Part shown: one piece after another, positions 23,792 through 35,003 of the stretch
Position numbering within the stretch: position 1 is the stretch's first letter
Layout: every line of letters begins with the position of its first letter
DNA from: a bacterium
GTDB lineage: Bacteria > Electryoneota > Electryoneia > Electryoneales > Electryoneaceae
Length of the DNA: 64,000 nucleotides
Direction of reading: 5' to 3'
Assembly (NCBI GenBank): GCA_963675295.2
Contig: CAXXKJ010000002.1
Coordinates: 2,080,001 to 2,144,000 of the forward strand
Translations under genes and position numbers: made by a program
Notes under the pieces: model-generated
Seen by the model: only the letters and a program-made list of their open reading frames with translations
The model's database searches: none
What the model was told of the DNA's origin: nothing

Positions 23792-25570
23792 ATGAAACGA
23801 CTTACTTTGTTTGCTTTGCTGTTGACGGTGCCGTTCCTGGCGCTGGGGCAGGTGGAATTTGAGATGAGTGTTGTCGGCTCAATGGACGGCGCGACGAATG
23901 TGCACGCGGCAGATGTCGATATGGATGGTGACATCGATATCCTCGGCGCGGCGGAGCTCGGGGACGAAATCGGCTGGTATGAACAGACCACCGGCGGGTG
24001 GGTGGAGCACATCCTGACCACGACGGCGGACGGCGCGACCAATGTCAACGCGGCCGACCTCAACGGTGATGGCAACATGGACATCATCGGCATGTCGTAC
24101 CAGGACATCACGATGTTGTGGTACGGCGACGGTGCCGGCGGATTCACGTACTACGAAGTTCCGGCCTATGAAGGTGCCAAAGAGCTGATCCCGTGGGATG
24201 TGGACGGCGACGACGACCTCGACCTGTTCGTTACCAACCAGGGCATTGACCAGGTTGGTTGGCTCGAGAACACAGGTGATCCAACCACCTGGCCGGTCCA
24301 CGCGATCAGCAACTCGTTCGACGGTGCCTGGGGATGCTTCGTTGGCGACCTCGACAACGATGGGGATGTGGATGTCGCCGCTGTCGCCCGCTACGGTGAT
24401 GACGTCGCGTGGTGGGAGAACATGGGTGGCGACACGTGGACCCAGCATACGCTCGACACCGACTTCGACTACCCGCATGGCATGAACGGTGCGGACATCG
24501 ACTATGACGGCGACCTCGACCTGGTTGCGGCGGCACGCAATGACGACGCGATCGCCATGTGGGTCAACGACGGCGCGGGTAACTTCACCCGCCAGAACAT
24601 CTCGCTGACGGCAGACGGCGCGGACGACGTTCATGTGGTCGATGTCGACATGGACGGCGACATGGATATCGTCGCGGCGGTTAACTACGCGGATGACGTC
24701 GTCTGGTTCGAACAGACCCCGGAAGGCTGGACCGAACACTCCATCGACGACAACATTGATGGCGCCACGGGTGTTTACGCTGCCGACGTGGATGGCGACG
24801 GCGACCCGGATTTGATGGCGGCAGGCTACGGTGCGGACGAATTCCGGCTCTATACTCAGCTCGGCGAGCCCGGCCCGGTGACGCTTACCCTGACCGGCAC
24901 CAACACTACGATCCCGGCGGCGGGCGGCACGGTCATGTATGACGCGCACCTGGTCAGCACGCTTCCCGGCACGATGCCAGGATTGCGTTTCTGGACCTAT
25001 GTCACATTGCCGAACGCTCAGGAATTCGGTCCGTTGATGAATATGCCGTTCACGCTGACGCCGTTCATGGATGTCACGGTGACCGACCTGACGCAGGACA
25101 TCCCGAATTACGCACCGGCGGGTGACTACACCTTCACCGGCTATGCCGGGGTGATGAACAACCCGAACCTGCAGATCTCGGATTCGTTCATGTTCACGAA
25201 GGAGGGCGCGGGTACGGACGCGGCGATCCCGTTCAACGCCAGCGACTGGTACGCCGCGGGCTTCTCGGTTGCTCAGGATGCCGGCTCGGTGGTCTCCTTG
25301 CCGACGGAGTTCTCGGTCAGCAGTGCGTATCCGAATCCGTTCAACCCGGAAACTCAGCTGACGGTGTACCTGCCGGAAACGGGACAGTTGACGGTACACG
25401 TGTTCAACGTGACCGGCCAGCTGGTCAGCACCCTCGCGAACGGTCAGATGAGTGCCGGACAGCAGCTGTTGACGTTTAACGGCGCGAACCTGTCCAGCGG
25501 CATTTACTTCATCCAGGCGGACTTCGCCGGGTTCGGCAGCCAGGTGCAGAAGGTGACGTTGATGAAGTAA
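23792..25570 (+). CDS. secreted FG-GAP/VCBS repeat protein with T9SS-like C-terminal sorting domain
   Basis: Signal peptide, repeated D(V/L)DxDGDxD motifs, C-terminal AYPNPFNP..LSSGIYF..QKVTLMK. Confidence 0.88.
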   Translation: MKRLTLFALLLTVPFLALGQVEFEMSVVGSMDGATNVHAADVDMDGDIDILGAAELGDEIGWYEQTTGGWVEHILTTTADGATNVNAADLNGDGNMDIIGMSYQDITMLWYGDGAGGFTYYEVPAYEGAKELIPWDVDGDDDLDLFVTNQGIDQVGWLENTGDPTTWPVHAISNSFDGAWGCFVGDLDNDGDVDVAAVARYGDDVAWWENMGGDTWTQHTLDTDFDYPHGMNGADIDYDGDLDLVAAARNDDAIAMWVNDGAGNFTRQNISLTADGADDVHVVDVDMDGDMDIVAAVNYADDVVWFEQTPEGWTEHSIDDNIDGATGVYAADVDGDGDPDLMAAGYGADEFRLYTQLGEPGPVTLTLTGTNTTIPAAGGTVMYDAHLVSTLPGTMPGLRFWTYVTLPNAQEFGPLMNMPFTLTPFMDVTVTDLTQDIPNYAPAGDYTFTGYAGVMNNPNLQISDSFMFTKEGAGTDAAIPFNASDWYAAGFSVAQDAGSVVSLPTEFSVSSAYPNPFNPETQLTVYLPETGQLTVHVFNVTGQLVSTLANGQMSAGQQLLTFNGANLSSGIYFIQADFAGFGSQVQKVTLMK

Positions 25571-25574
25571 GGCA

Positions 25575-25660
25575 GTCTCGCGTCTCTGGTCTCTCGTCTT
25601 TCGCGAGAGTCGCAACAGACGCCAAAGACGCCAAAGACGCAAAGGACGCAACGGACGCAC
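25575..25660 (+). repeat. heptamer array GTCTNNN x4 followed by nonamer array GCNANNGAC x5
   Basis: gtctcgc gtctctg gtctctc gtctttc; gcaacagac gccaaagac gccaaagac gcaaaggac gcaacggac. Confidence 0.75.
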
Positions 25661-25732
25661 CTTTGATGCGACCGCAGGAATTGAGGTGATCACTGTATCA
25701 GAAGTGACCGCCGCAACGGATGCAACAACTCA

Positions 25733-25760
25733 ATTGCCACGGACTTCGGTCCGTGGCAAT
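25733..25760. repeat. REP-like palindrome CCACGGAC-N4-GTCCGTGG, copy 1
   Basis: ATTGCCACGGAC-TTCG-GTCCGTGGCAAT; also at 27804 and 46864. Confidence 0.8.
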
Positions 25761-25918
25761 TTCTTTCCGCCGCCCGCAGTCCATAGCCCATTGTCCCCGT
25801 CTCTCTGTCTCGGGTAACAGCATTTCACGTTTTCCGAGTTCTCTTGTCCTGTCGAATTTTCGCACGTATGCTATTACTCTCGGATAGCGTGGGAGTGTAG
25901 TTACCAGAGGAGGATTTG

Positions 25919-27685
25919 ATGAAACGGTTTGCATGGTTGTTTGTGTTGTTGCTGCCGGCATTTGCGCTGGCGCAGGTTACGTTTGAGACGATCCCGGTTG
26001 GTTCTGGATTTGACGGCGCGTTGAATGTGCGGTCGGCCGACCTCGACGGTGACGGCGACATTGACATCGTCGGCGCGGCCGAATCGGCGGATGAAGCGGC
26101 GTGGTGGGAGAATACCGGCACCGGTTGGGAACAGCATTACCTCGGCACGCTCTATTGGGCGACCGGTCTCGCAACGGCGGACATGGATGGTGACGGCGAC
26201 GTCGATATCTGCGTCTCACCGGCCACGGTGGACAACGTCAGCTGGTTCGAAAATGACGGCATTGGCAATTTCACCTGGAACGAACTGGTCACCTTCGGCG
26301 GAGCGCGTGATGTTGCGGCCAGTGATATGGACGGCGACGGCGACATGGACATGATTGTCTGCGCGACCAGTTCCGGCGCGGTTTCCTGGCTCGAGAACAT
26401 CGGGGATGCGACCAACTGGCCGGAGCATGTCATCGGCACGTTCTCATATGCGTACCACGTGGACGTCGCGGACATTGACGACGACGGCGATCCGGATGTC
26501 GCGATTTGCGGCTCGAGCTCGGGCGATGTCGGCTGGTTCCAGAATGCCGGCGGCGATACGTGGACGTTGAATTATCTCAACCAGAGCTTCAGCGATGCGC
26601 GCACGGTCGCAATTGCGGACATGAACGATGACGGCCTGCTCGACATCGTTGCTACGTCTCGCGCAGACGACATCGCGTGGTGGGAGAACGGCTCGGATGT
26701 CTGGCCGATGCACTACATCACGCAGAGTTTTGACGGTGCGGACTCGGTCTGCCCGGCGGACATCGACATGGACGGCGACATGGATGTCGCCGCGGCGGCG
26801 GTGACGGCAGACGAAATCGCCTGGTTCGAACAGGACGGTGGCAACTGGATTCAGCACACCATCGACGCCACGATGGACTATGCCTCCGGTGTCTGGATTG
26901 ACGATGTCGATCAGGACGGCGACCCGGACGTTCTCGCGGCGGCGTACTACTCCGACTCGATTGTGCTCTATTCGCAGATGGGCACTCCGGAGCCGGACCC
27001 GGTGACGTTGACCCTCACGCGTCTCACCGAGACCATCCCGCCGCAGGGTGGCACGCTGCTCTACGGAGCCCACCTGGTCAGCACCTTGCCGAACACGATA
27101 CAGGGCCTGCGCTACTGGACCACGGTGATCCTGCCGACCTCGCAGGAGTTCGGCCCGCTGATGCAGCAGCCGTTCACCATGACGCCGTTCATGGACGTCG
27201 AGATCTTCAACTTGACTCAGCAGATCCCGAACTACGCTCCGGCGGGTCAGTATACCTTCATCGGGCATGTTGGCTTCCCGAACAACCCGGCGTTGCAGAT
27301 TACGGACGACTTCACGTTCACCAAGGAAGGTGCGACGGCTGACTCGTACGTGCTCGATCCGGCGGACTGGACCGGCAGCGGCTTCGACCTGACGAACGAT
27401 TCCGAATCCGCGGTGATGCTCGAAAGTGCCGTGCTGGCCTCGGTTTCGCCGAACCCGTTCAACGCTGCTACGACGGTCCGTGTACACCTGCCGCAAACGG
27501 AAGAGGTGACACTGCGTGTGGTCAACCTGCTCGGTCAGGAGATCAGCACGCTCACCCGTGGGCAGCTCAGCGCCGGTCAGCACGAGTTTCTCGTTGACGG
27601 CGGCGAGCTTTCCAGCGGCATCTACTTCCTCACCGGCGCGGTCGGGACAGAATCCGTGTCGCAGAAGCTGGTCGTGATCAAGTAG
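25919..27685 (+). CDS. second FG-GAP repeat/T9SS-like CTD paralogue
   Basis: Same architecture as 23792..25570; shared HLVSTLP, QEFGPLM, TPFMDV, IPNYAPAG; SPNPFN..SSGIYF. Confidence 0.88.
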   Translation: MKRFAWLFVLLLPAFALAQVTFETIPVGSGFDGALNVRSADLDGDGDIDIVGAAESADEAAWWENTGTGWEQHYLGTLYWATGLATADMDGDGDVDICVSPATVDNVSWFENDGIGNFTWNELVTFGGARDVAASDMDGDGDMDMIVCATSSGAVSWLENIGDATNWPEHVIGTFSYAYHVDVADIDDDGDPDVAICGSSSGDVGWFQNAGGDTWTLNYLNQSFSDARTVAIADMNDDGLLDIVATSRADDIAWWENGSDVWPMHYITQSFDGADSVCPADIDMDGDMDVAAAAVTADEIAWFEQDGGNWIQHTIDATMDYASGVWIDDVDQDGDPDVLAAAYYSDSIVLYSQMGTPEPDPVTLTLTRLTETIPPQGGTLLYGAHLVSTLPNTIQGLRYWTTVILPTSQEFGPLMQQPFTMTPFMDVEIFNLTQQIPNYAPAGQYTFIGHVGFPNNPALQITDDFTFTKEGATADSYVLDPADWTGSGFDLTNDSESAVMLESAVLASVSPNPFNAATTVRVHLPQTEEVTLRVVNLLGQEISTLTRGQLSAGQHEFLVDGGELSSGIYFLTGAVGTESVSQKLVVIK

Positions 27686-27747
27686 TTGCGAACGAAGCAC
27701 AACAAATGCGTTGGAGGTTCTTGTTTCCTCGAGCGTTGCAGGATTTC

Positions 27748-27776
27748 AAGGCGGACCAGCGCGGTCCGCCTTTTTT
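27748..27776 (+). terminator. intrinsic terminator
   Basis: AAGGCGGACC-AGCGC-GGTCCGCCTT-TTTT. Confidence 0.75.
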
Positions 27777-27803
27777 ACGTGTTACTTTTGCGCATCTTAC
27801 AGT

Positions 27804-27825
27804 ACCACGGACTTCAGTCCGTGGT
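27804..27825. repeat. REP-like palindrome, copy 2
   Basis: ACCACGGACT-TC-AGTCCGTGGT. Confidence 0.8.
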
Positions 27826-27875
27826 GGTGATAGCAATCCGTGGAAGCATGAGTTCTGGTCACACAATCCAGGAGC

Positions 27876-28595
27876 TTGCCTGTGGCGGTCATTACGGATG
27901 ACGCGATCCGTTTCATGGCGGATCTGTGGGAGAACAACAACAAGGACTGGTTCGACGCCAACCGCGAGCGGTATGAGCGGGTGCTTCGTGATCCGTTGAA
28001 AGCGTTGCGGGACGAGCTGACGACCCCGGTATCATTGCTGTTGCTGGACGCGCCGAAGCCGAAGATCTCGCGCATCAACCAGGACCTGCGGTTCCACAAG
28101 GATCGGCCACCGTACAAGGAGCACATGTGGATCTCCTGGGTGCAGCCACCGGCGGAGCTGATGGCGGCGCTCAGCCGTGACGGGTGGAGCGGAGTCGTCG
28201 CGATTGGTGGGGACAAGGACGATCTCGCAACCTGGCGGCAGAACCTGGTCACGCATCACGCTCTCTGGCGGAGCTACGCGACGGCGTTGGGTCTTGGGAA
28301 AGACGTGAACGTGCACGTTGGTAATCCGTACAAGAAGCCGTTGTTCGACGATATCCCTGAGGATGTGTCCGACCTCGTCCAGGCGCGTCAGCTTTATATC
28401 TATCCGCACGCGACTCCGCGCTTCTCAGCCTCCCCGGAATCTGATTTGCTGAAACAGATGGCGATGTTGCTTCCGGCGCATTTATTTGCCACCATTGCGA
28501 CAGCTCATCTTCCGGAGGTATTGCGGGAGCTGGCAGAGACGGTGATCCCGCCGGACAAGAGGGTGGCGAAAGTCTGGGCGGCAGCCAGACCGTAA
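27876..28595 (+). CDS. DUF2461-like protein
   Basis: F..DL.ENNNKDWFDANRERYE, RINQDLRFHKDRPPYKEH; start uncertain. Confidence 0.75.
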   Translation: MPVAVITDDAIRFMADLWENNNKDWFDANRERYERVLRDPLKALRDELTTPVSLLLLDAPKPKISRINQDLRFHKDRPPYKEHMWISWVQPPAELMAALSRDGWSGVVAIGGDKDDLATWRQNLVTHHALWRSYATALGLGKDVNVHVGNPYKKPLFDDIPEDVSDLVQARQLYIYPHATPRFSASPESDLLKQMAMLLPAHLFATIATAHLPEVLRELAETVIPPDKRVAKVWAAARP

Positions 28596-28643
28596 TCAGG
28601 TAGAACGAATACGTGGGCGACCGCGTTGCAGGGAGAGTGACCG

Positions 28644-29858
28644 ATGGCGTTTCCACGTGTGGAAAAGATCGCGGCGGTGTGGCGGAAAGAACTGCTGGAC
28701 ATAGTCCGGGACCGGCGCACGCTGATGTCGATGATCGTCGTACCGATCCTGCTGATTCCGGTGATGATGATTGTTGGGGGCGTGGTTGCCGCTTCGGCGA
28801 TGAAGTCGCTGGAGTCGAAAGAGCTGGTGATCGCGACGGTGGATTCGCAAACATCACCGCGTCTGCTGACTGTGCTGCACGACGTCGACCAGGCTACGCT
28901 CGTCGATTACACCGGCATGCCGTTGGACAGTCTTCGCGCACGCATCTCGGACAATTCGATCCAGGCGGCGGTTATTTTTCCAGATGTCGACCTCGACGAT
29001 CCATCGATACAACCGACGGTCACCGTCATGTACCGTGAGGACCGGGAGAAGTCGGAGCTCGCCAACCGCCGCATCAGCAAGCAGCTGGACGCCTTCACCG
29101 ACGAGCTCATTTCAGAGCGGCTGGTCGCGTTTAACGCGCCGGAATCGGTGGTAACTCCGTTCGTGATCGAGGAGGAGAACCTCGCCACGGACGAGCAGAT
29201 GATTCTCATGGCGCTCGCCTCGTTCCTGCCGTACATGCTGATCCTGATCACGTTTACCGGCGCGCTCTACCCGGCGATCGACATGACGGCGGGGGAAAAG
29301 GAACGTGGCACCCTGGAGACATTGCTCGCGAGTCCGGCGAGCCGGCTGGAAATCGTCTTCGGCAAATTCATGGCTGTCTTCTCAACGGCGATGATTTCCG
29401 GGATACTGTCGGTGCTCTCGTTGACTGTCGCGATTGTCTCAGGCACCTCGTGGCTCGGCACTGAAATCGGGCAGGAATTGACGCTCGAAATCAATGCCGG
29501 CGCGATCCTCGGCGCGTTGTCGATGATGATCCCGCTGGCGGCGTTGTTTGCCTCGATTCTGCTCACCGTCTGCGTGTTCGCCAAGAGTACGCGTGAGGCG
29601 CAAAGCTACGTGCAGCCGCTGGTCTTCCTGCTCATCCTGCCGGCGATGATGTCGATGATGCCCGGATCGGAGAGTGACATGGGCAGCGCGTGGACGCCGG
29701 TCGTGAATGTCTCGCTGGCCGTCGAGAGTCTGCTCACTGATCAGGCGGACCCGGCGTTCATCGGCAACACGCTGCTTTCGACCACGGTGTACGCTCTGCT
29801 CGGCATCTTGCTGACCACCCGCGTCTTTCAAAAAGAAACAGCTTTGTTCCGAGTGTAA
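28644..29858 (+). CDS. ABC-2/NatB-like permease
   Basis: KELLDIVRDRRTL, AGEKERGTLETLLASP, FAKSTREAQSY; multiple TM helices. Confidence 0.88.
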   Translation: MAFPRVEKIAAVWRKELLDIVRDRRTLMSMIVVPILLIPVMMIVGGVVAASAMKSLESKELVIATVDSQTSPRLLTVLHDVDQATLVDYTGMPLDSLRARISDNSIQAAVIFPDVDLDDPSIQPTVTVMYREDREKSELANRRISKQLDAFTDELISERLVAFNAPESVVTPFVIEEENLATDEQMILMALASFLPYMLILITFTGALYPAIDMTAGEKERGTLETLLASPASRLEIVFGKFMAVFSTAMISGILSVLSLTVAIVSGTSWLGTEIGQELTLEINAGAILGALSMMIPLAALFASILLTVCVFAKSTREAQSYVQPLVFLLILPAMMSMMPGSESDMGSAWTPVVNVSLAVESLLTDQADPAFIGNTLLSTTVYALLGILLTTRVFQKETALFRV

Positions 29859-29869
29859 CAGGACCCTTT

Positions 29870-31231
29870 GTGAACCCGACTGCTGCTTTGACTGAACTCC
29901 CGATTCCCGGCACCGTCTACATCGAGACCTACGGCTGCCAGATGAACCAGGTTGACAGCGAGATTGTGCTCTCGCTGCTGGAGGAATATGGCTACCGCCG
30001 CGCGGAGGAACCGGATCGCGCGGAAATCGTGCTGGTCAACACCTGCGCGGTACGCGAACACGCCGAAGTGAAGGCCATTTCAAACATTGGCCGCTTCAGC
30101 AAGCTGAAGCAGAACGGTCGCGAGATGAAGATCGGTGTGCTCGGCTGTTTGTCGCAGCACGCCGCCGGTGAATTGAAACAGCAGTTACCGTTCCTCGACT
30201 GGATTCTCGGCCCGGATGTCTACCGTACGCTGCCGATTCTGCTCGCGCAGGAAGGTGAGTGCGAAACCCGGATCCTCACCGACGCGCCGAAAGATGAACT
30301 CTACGACGAAGTCCTGCCCAGCCGTCGCGAGGGGATCAACGCGTGGATCACCATTTCACGTGGCTGCAACAACCATTGCGCGTATTGCGTGGTGCCGAAA
30401 GCGCGCGGACGGGAACGTCACCGTCCGGCGGATTCCATTTTGCACGAAGCCCATGAGGCGGTGCAGCAGGGGTTTGTCCAGCTCACCTTGCTCGGGCAGA
30501 ATGTCAACAGCTACCGTCACGGCGACCTCAAATTCCCCGAACTGCTTGCGCAGGTCGCGGAGGTGCCCGGCCTGAAACGGTTGCGGTTCATGACGTCGCA
30601 CCCGAAGGATTGCTCGGAAGAGTTGCTGCGCACCATGGCCGAGCACAAGACCATCTGCCCGGAGCTGCACCTTCCGTTCCAGGCGGGCAGCGACTCGGTG
30701 CTGAAGAAAATGGGCCGCCGTTACACCGCGAAACACTACCGGCACCTGGTCGAGATGGCACGTGAGATCGTTCCGAATCTGCTGCTCAGCACCGATATCA
30801 TCGTCGGTTTCCCCGGCGAGACCCACGCGGACTACCTCGAGACCGAAAAGCTGGTCAGGGATGTGCAGTACGACGACGCATTCGTGTACCGCTATTCGGT
30901 TCGTCCGGGGACACGTGCGGCGTTGAACCTCGAGGACGATGTCCCGATTGAGGTCAAGACCGAACGCCTGATGCGGATCAACGAGATCGTGCGCGAATCA
31001 GGCAAAGTGAACCGGCTGGCATTGCTCGGACAGCAGGCAGTGGTGCTGGTCGAGGGGCCGAGCCCGAAGGATCCACGCGAGAGCCTCGGCCGGACCTTCC
31101 CGGGTCACATGGTAGTCGTGCCCGGCGAGTTCGCTCCCGGAACGCTGGTTCCAGTGGAGTTAACCGAGATGCGCGGGTATACCCTGCGCGCAGAGGTGGA
31201 ACGCAGCTGGTCCCGCACACAGCGGGCGTAA
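29870..31231 (+). CDS. miaB: tRNA-i6A37 methylthiotransferase
   Basis: ETYGCQMN, NTCAVRE, GCNNHCAYC, LLGQNVNSY, C-terminal TRAM domain. Confidence 0.93.
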   Translation: MNPTAALTELPIPGTVYIETYGCQMNQVDSEIVLSLLEEYGYRRAEEPDRAEIVLVNTCAVREHAEVKAISNIGRFSKLKQNGREMKIGVLGCLSQHAAGELKQQLPFLDWILGPDVYRTLPILLAQEGECETRILTDAPKDELYDEVLPSRREGINAWITISRGCNNHCAYCVVPKARGRERHRPADSILHEAHEAVQQGFVQLTLLGQNVNSYRHGDLKFPELLAQVAEVPGLKRLRFMTSHPKDCSEELLRTMAEHKTICPELHLPFQAGSDSVLKKMGRRYTAKHYRHLVEMAREIVPNLLLSTDIIVGFPGETHADYLETEKLVRDVQYDDAFVYRYSVRPGTRAALNLEDDVPIEVKTERLMRINEIVRESGKVNRLALLGQQAVVLVEGPSPKDPRESLGRTFPGHMVVVPGEFAPGTLVPVELTEMRGYTLRAEVERSWSRTQRA

Positions 31232-31297
31232 TTGCGTTTGCTTAACGTGCCCGTGTTCGCTTGCGAACGCGGGTTGTCTCAGTTCCAATATCCCATC

Positions 31298-31969
31298 TCA
31301 CGCGCACAAACACACCGCGTCGATCTGTTTCCATCCAGCCTTACGAGCCGCGCGTGCGAGCTGGCCGATTGTCCGGCCTGTGTGTACCACGTCGTCAACA
31401 AGAACCAGCCGCGCAGATTCCGAGACATCCGCGTCCGGCGGTTTGATCTGGAACACGTCTTTCAGCGTCCGTTTGCGGGCGTCATCGGGTAGAGATGACT
31501 GGTGCGCGGTATGTTTGGTTCGGGCGGCGATGTCCGGACGGCAGGGCAGATCGAGCAGCGCCGCCAGTTCTTTCGCCAGCAGGGCGGAGGGGTTGTAGCC
31601 TCGTTCCCGCCGTCTCGCTGGGTGCGCGGGAACCGGGACGAGGACTGGTTCGAGGAAGATAAAGCCCATTTGCTCGAGACGGTCACGGAACTTTTCAGCA
31701 AGCGGACGTGCGAGGCCGGGCGCCTGCTCGAACTTGAAGCGGTGGATAATCGCACGCAGGGTGTCGTCGTAGGCGAAGCCGACCGCCATCCGGTCAACCG
31801 GTTTCGGCCGTTCCACTGCGGGCGCGGGCAGCAGGCGCCGCCAGCAGGTACCGCACACGCCACCGTCCAGTTCTCCGGCAGACGTCCCGCAGACCAGGCA
31901 TTGCGCGGGCCACAGCAGGTTCGCGACTTCACGTCCCAGCCGCCGGAGGATGGACGAACCGCCGTTCAT
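31298..31969 (-). CDS. comF: ComF family protein (Zn ribbon + PRTase)
   Basis: CLVC..CGTC, RERGYNP, LVDDVVHTGRT. Confidence 0.88.
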   Translation of the reverse strand: MNGGSSILRRLGREVANLLWPAQCLVCGTSAGELDGGVCGTCWRRLLPAPAVERPKPVDRMAVGFAYDDTLRAIIHRFKFEQAPGLARPLAEKFRDRLEQMGFIFLEPVLVPVPAHPARRRERGYNPSALLAKELAALLDLPCRPDIAARTKHTAHQSSLPDDARKRTLKDVFQIKPPDADVSESARLVLVDDVVHTGRTIGQLARAARKAGWKQIDAVCLCA

Positions 31970-33870
31970 GAAGGCGAGTCGCCGGGATCAATCACCCGTC
32001 GCACATCACCGTCACGCTGCGTGATCCCCTGTTTGTCGAACCATTCGAGCAACGGTACGCCGACCTTGCGGGACGTGCCCACGGCGGCGTTGAATTCGGT
32101 CAGCCGAAATTCTTCGGGTAGTTCAATCAGCTTCAGGAAAGCCATATCAACGGATTTTCTGGCGAGCACCAACTTGTCCTCGAGGATGACCACTCTGTCG
32201 ATGTTTTTGAGCGCCTTCAACAGCGCCCGCACACGGTTTTCCGCTAAGCCGAGATCTTCGGCGATCTTGGACGGCACCGGCGGATTCATCCCTGCATCGA
32301 CCAGCAGCGAGAGAATCCGGTCAGCGTCCGCCTGGTCCGGCTTGGCGATGGCTGGGACATGCCCCGGCAACAGTACGTATCCACTCTCCCGGATCAGTTT
32401 GTGGGAATCAACTAGTTCATGCAGCACATTGTCAGCAATCTCATAGGGTACGCCAGGACCAAAGACCTCCATGCCTAATACAGGTTCCGGCATTCCCGGA
32501 TCGTTTGGGGTGGAGTGATGATACGCCGCTACGTGCTCCGGGATGGCATCCCGCCAACGGTTGTACACCGAAACGGGTAGCAGTGTCTCGATGGATTCAA
32601 CCAGAAGCAGCGACTCTTCAGCGACGAGCTCCTGAATTGCGTGATCCAACTCCGCCCGCGACACCGGCAACATCGCCAGCAACGCCGGGATCGTCATCAG
32701 CTTTCGCGTCTCGACCAGCGTACTGAGGACGACGTTGAGGTCCTGGTGCAACGCGCTCAGCCGTTCGGCGAGTTTCGGTGCCGACCGTTTGCGGTTCACC
32801 GGGGCCGGGTCGAGAACACGCACTCCGCCCAGCGTGTCGGTAGGGGAGTAAAAGCGCAGCACGCCGAGGTCGCCGTGCATCGCGACCACCGGTTCTTCGA
32901 GCGCGAGGCGTACATCGGCGCGTTCGTCCGGCTGCAACAAGTCCCGGTCGATGAGCAGCAGCCGTCCAAGCACTTCCGCGGTGCCGAGGTGCAGCCGGAT
33001 ACGCGCGCGCTGCTTCAGCGGACGGGCGTCCGGAGCCATCGTCACCGCGACGTCAAGGAAGTCGGTGACCACTCCGCGTCCGGCGTTGACCAGCATCTGC
33101 CCGCGTTCGGGGTCAGCGTCGGTGGTCAGGTTCAGCGCGGCACGATCTCCGGCGAACACCGTGTCCACCGGCTGTTCGTGCGCCTGCAGGCCGCGCACCT
33201 TGACCTCCTGATCGCCGGGCAAAAGGCGCAGTTTGTCGCCCGCCTTCGCGGACCCGTTCCAGACGGTTCCGGTGACCACGCGTCCATGCCCCTTGATCAC
33301 GAAGGAACGGTCAATCGGCAACCGGAAGAAGTCCTCTTCGCCCGGGGGCGGCGTCTCGGCGATCAGCTTGTCGAGCTCAGCCCGAAAGTCGTCGATCCCG
33401 CGTCCGCTCAGGCTGTCCACCGCCAGTACCGGCGATCCGGCGAGTGCAGTGCCTTCCAGCAGTTCGCGTGCTTCCTCGACGACGAGATCGAGCCAGTCCC
33501 CCTCGACCAAGTCGGCCTTGCTGATGGCGACGATTCCGCGCTTGACGCCGAGCGCGTCCAGCACCGTCAGGTGTTCCCGGGTTTGCGGCATGACCCCGTC
33601 ATCCGCCGCGATCACCAACAGCGCCGCGCTCATTGCGGATGCCCCCGCGATCATCGTTTTCACCAGCTTCTCATGGCCGGGGACGTCGACAAACGCCGCG
33701 CTGTCGCCGTAAAATGCGAAGCCGAGTTCGATAGTGATCCCGCGCCGTTTTTCCTCGGCCAGTTTGTCGAGGTCACGCCCGGTCAGCGCCTTGATCAGGG
33801 AGGTCTTGCCGTGGTCGATGTGTCCGGCAGTGCCGATGACGACATGCCGTCTGCGTTCGTTCTCGCTCAT
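31966..33870 (-). CDS. selB: selenocysteine-specific elongation factor
   Basis: [31 protein letters not shown]-terminal winged helices ending SRK..PLLEWFD..T.R.GD.R. Confidence 0.93.
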   Translation of the reverse strand: MSENERRRHVVIGTAGHIDHGKTSLIKALTGRDLDKLAEEKRRGITIELGFAFYGDSAAFVDVPGHEKLVKTMIAGASAMSAALLVIAADDGVMPQTREHLTVLDALGVKRGIVAISKADLVEGDWLDLVVEEARELLEGTALAGSPVLAVDSLSGRGIDDFRAELDKLIAETPPPGEEDFFRLPIDRSFVIKGHGRVVTGTVWNGSAKAGDKLRLLPGDQEVKVRGLQAHEQPVDTVFAGDRAALNLTTDADPERGQMLVNAGRGVVTDFLDVAVTMAPDARPLKQRARIRLHLGTAEVLGRLLLIDRDLLQPDERADVRLALEEPVVAMHGDLGVLRFYSPTDTLGGVRVLDPAPVNRKRSAPKLAERLSALHQDLNVVLSTLVETRKLMTIPALLAMLPVSRAELDHAIQELVAEESLLLVESIETLLPVSVYNRWRDAIPEHVAAYHHSTPNDPGMPEPVLGMEVFGPGVPYEIADNVLHELVDSHKLIRESGYVLLPGHVPAIAKPDQADADRILSLLVDAGMNPPVPSKIAEDLGLAENRVRALLKALKNIDRVVILEDKLVLARKSVDMAFLKLIELPEEFRLTEFNAAVGTSRKVGVPLLEWFDKQGITQRDGDVRRVIDPGDSPS

Positions 33871-33976
33871 GCAATGGAAAGTAGGATCTGGCCTCCGGGA
33901 GGGAAAGGGACGGTGGCGATTCCGGAGCGGTTTCGGGATTCGTAAGCTCTCAGACTCACCGAGGGGAGATACAATC

Positions 33977-34477
33977 ATGGATGGATTGACCATCATCGAC
34001 GCGGAAGAGCAGCACCTTGACGCCGTTGTCGAGTTGTGGAATGAGCTGATGCAGTTTCACGCCGACCGGGACGTACGCTTCACCACGCGCAAGGGTGCGC
34101 ATGTCCTTTTCCGGGAGCATGTGAAGCAGTACATCGAGCGCGACGACGGCAAACTATGGCTGGCGTTTGTGGAGGATCAGCCCGCCGCGTTTGTCTCCGC
34201 CCGCTTCTCAACCACGCCGCCGGTGTTCGTTGGGCAGGAATCGGTCATTCTCGAGGATATGGTGGTGCTGGAAGCGTTTCGCCGCATGGGCCTGGGCCGC
34301 GAGTTGACGCAACGGGTGATCGACTGGGCGCAGGCGGAGGGCCGGGATAACGTGCAGCTGCAGGTCGCCGAGTGCAATCCGGAGGGGCAAAAGTTCTGGA
34401 ATGAAATGGGCTTCCGCGACATCACACGCGTCATGCGATACGAACTCGGTATCCACAAGGGATGGGACGAGAAATGA
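33977..34477 (+). CDS. GNAT family N-acetyltransferase
   Basis: [14 protein letters not shown] acetyl-CoA motif, N..GQKFW..MGF. Confidence 0.85.
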   Translation: MDGLTIIDAEEQHLDAVVELWNELMQFHADRDVRFTTRKGAHVLFREHVKQYIERDDGKLWLAFVEDQPAAFVSARFSTTPPVFVGQESVILEDMVVLEAFRRMGLGRELTQRVIDWAQAEGRDNVQLQVAECNPEGQKFWNEMGFRDITRVMRYELGIHKGWDEK

Positions 34478-34995
34478 AGAAGCTGCTTGTTGAAATCAAG
34501 GCGCGCTGCGCGGACCATGAACCGATCCGTGCTGAGTTGAACGAGCTCAACGCCCGCCGTGTTGGGCTCGATCACCAGGTCGACACGTACTTCCGCGTGC
34601 CGGAGAACCGGCTCAAGCTGCGTGAAGGCACGATCGAGAAAAACCTGATCTATTATCATCGTCCAAACCAGGCAGGGCCGAAACGCAGCGAGGTCATCCT
34701 GCACAAACCAGCCGAGACCGACTCACTCAAGGCAATTCTCGAGCGTGTTCACGGTATCCTCGTCATCGTCGACAAGCAACGCGAGATCTGGTTCGTGGAC
34801 AATGTCAAAATCCACCTCGACGAGGTGGATGGACTGGGGCGGTTCGTCGAAATAGAGGCTATCGGCGCGCCTGATACGCACACAGAGGACCAGCTCCGCG
34901 ATCAGTGTGAAGCTCTGATGCAGCGATTCCAGATCCGCGAGGACGATCTACTCACCTCATCCTACAGCGATATGCTGCTGGAAAAAGATGCCTGA
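34474..34995 (+). CDS. CYTH-domain protein (class IV adenylate cyclase-like)
   Basis: [40 protein letters not shown]. Confidence 0.88.
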   Translation: MKKLLVEIKARCADHEPIRAELNELNARRVGLDHQVDTYFRVPENRLKLREGTIEKNLIYYHRPNQAGPKRSEVILHKPAETDSLKAILERVHGILVIVDKQREIWFVDNVKIHLDEVDGLGRFVEIEAIGAPDTHTEDQLRDQCEALMQRFQIREDDLLTSSYSDMLLEKDA

Positions 34996-35003
34996 ACGGC
35001 AGG

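Noticed and set aside
31966-33870. UGA-recoded selenoprotein genes near selB
   Set aside because: I found no gene that appears truncated at an in-frame TGA with a continuing homologous frame; selA, selC and selD are not in the window. The search was by eye only.
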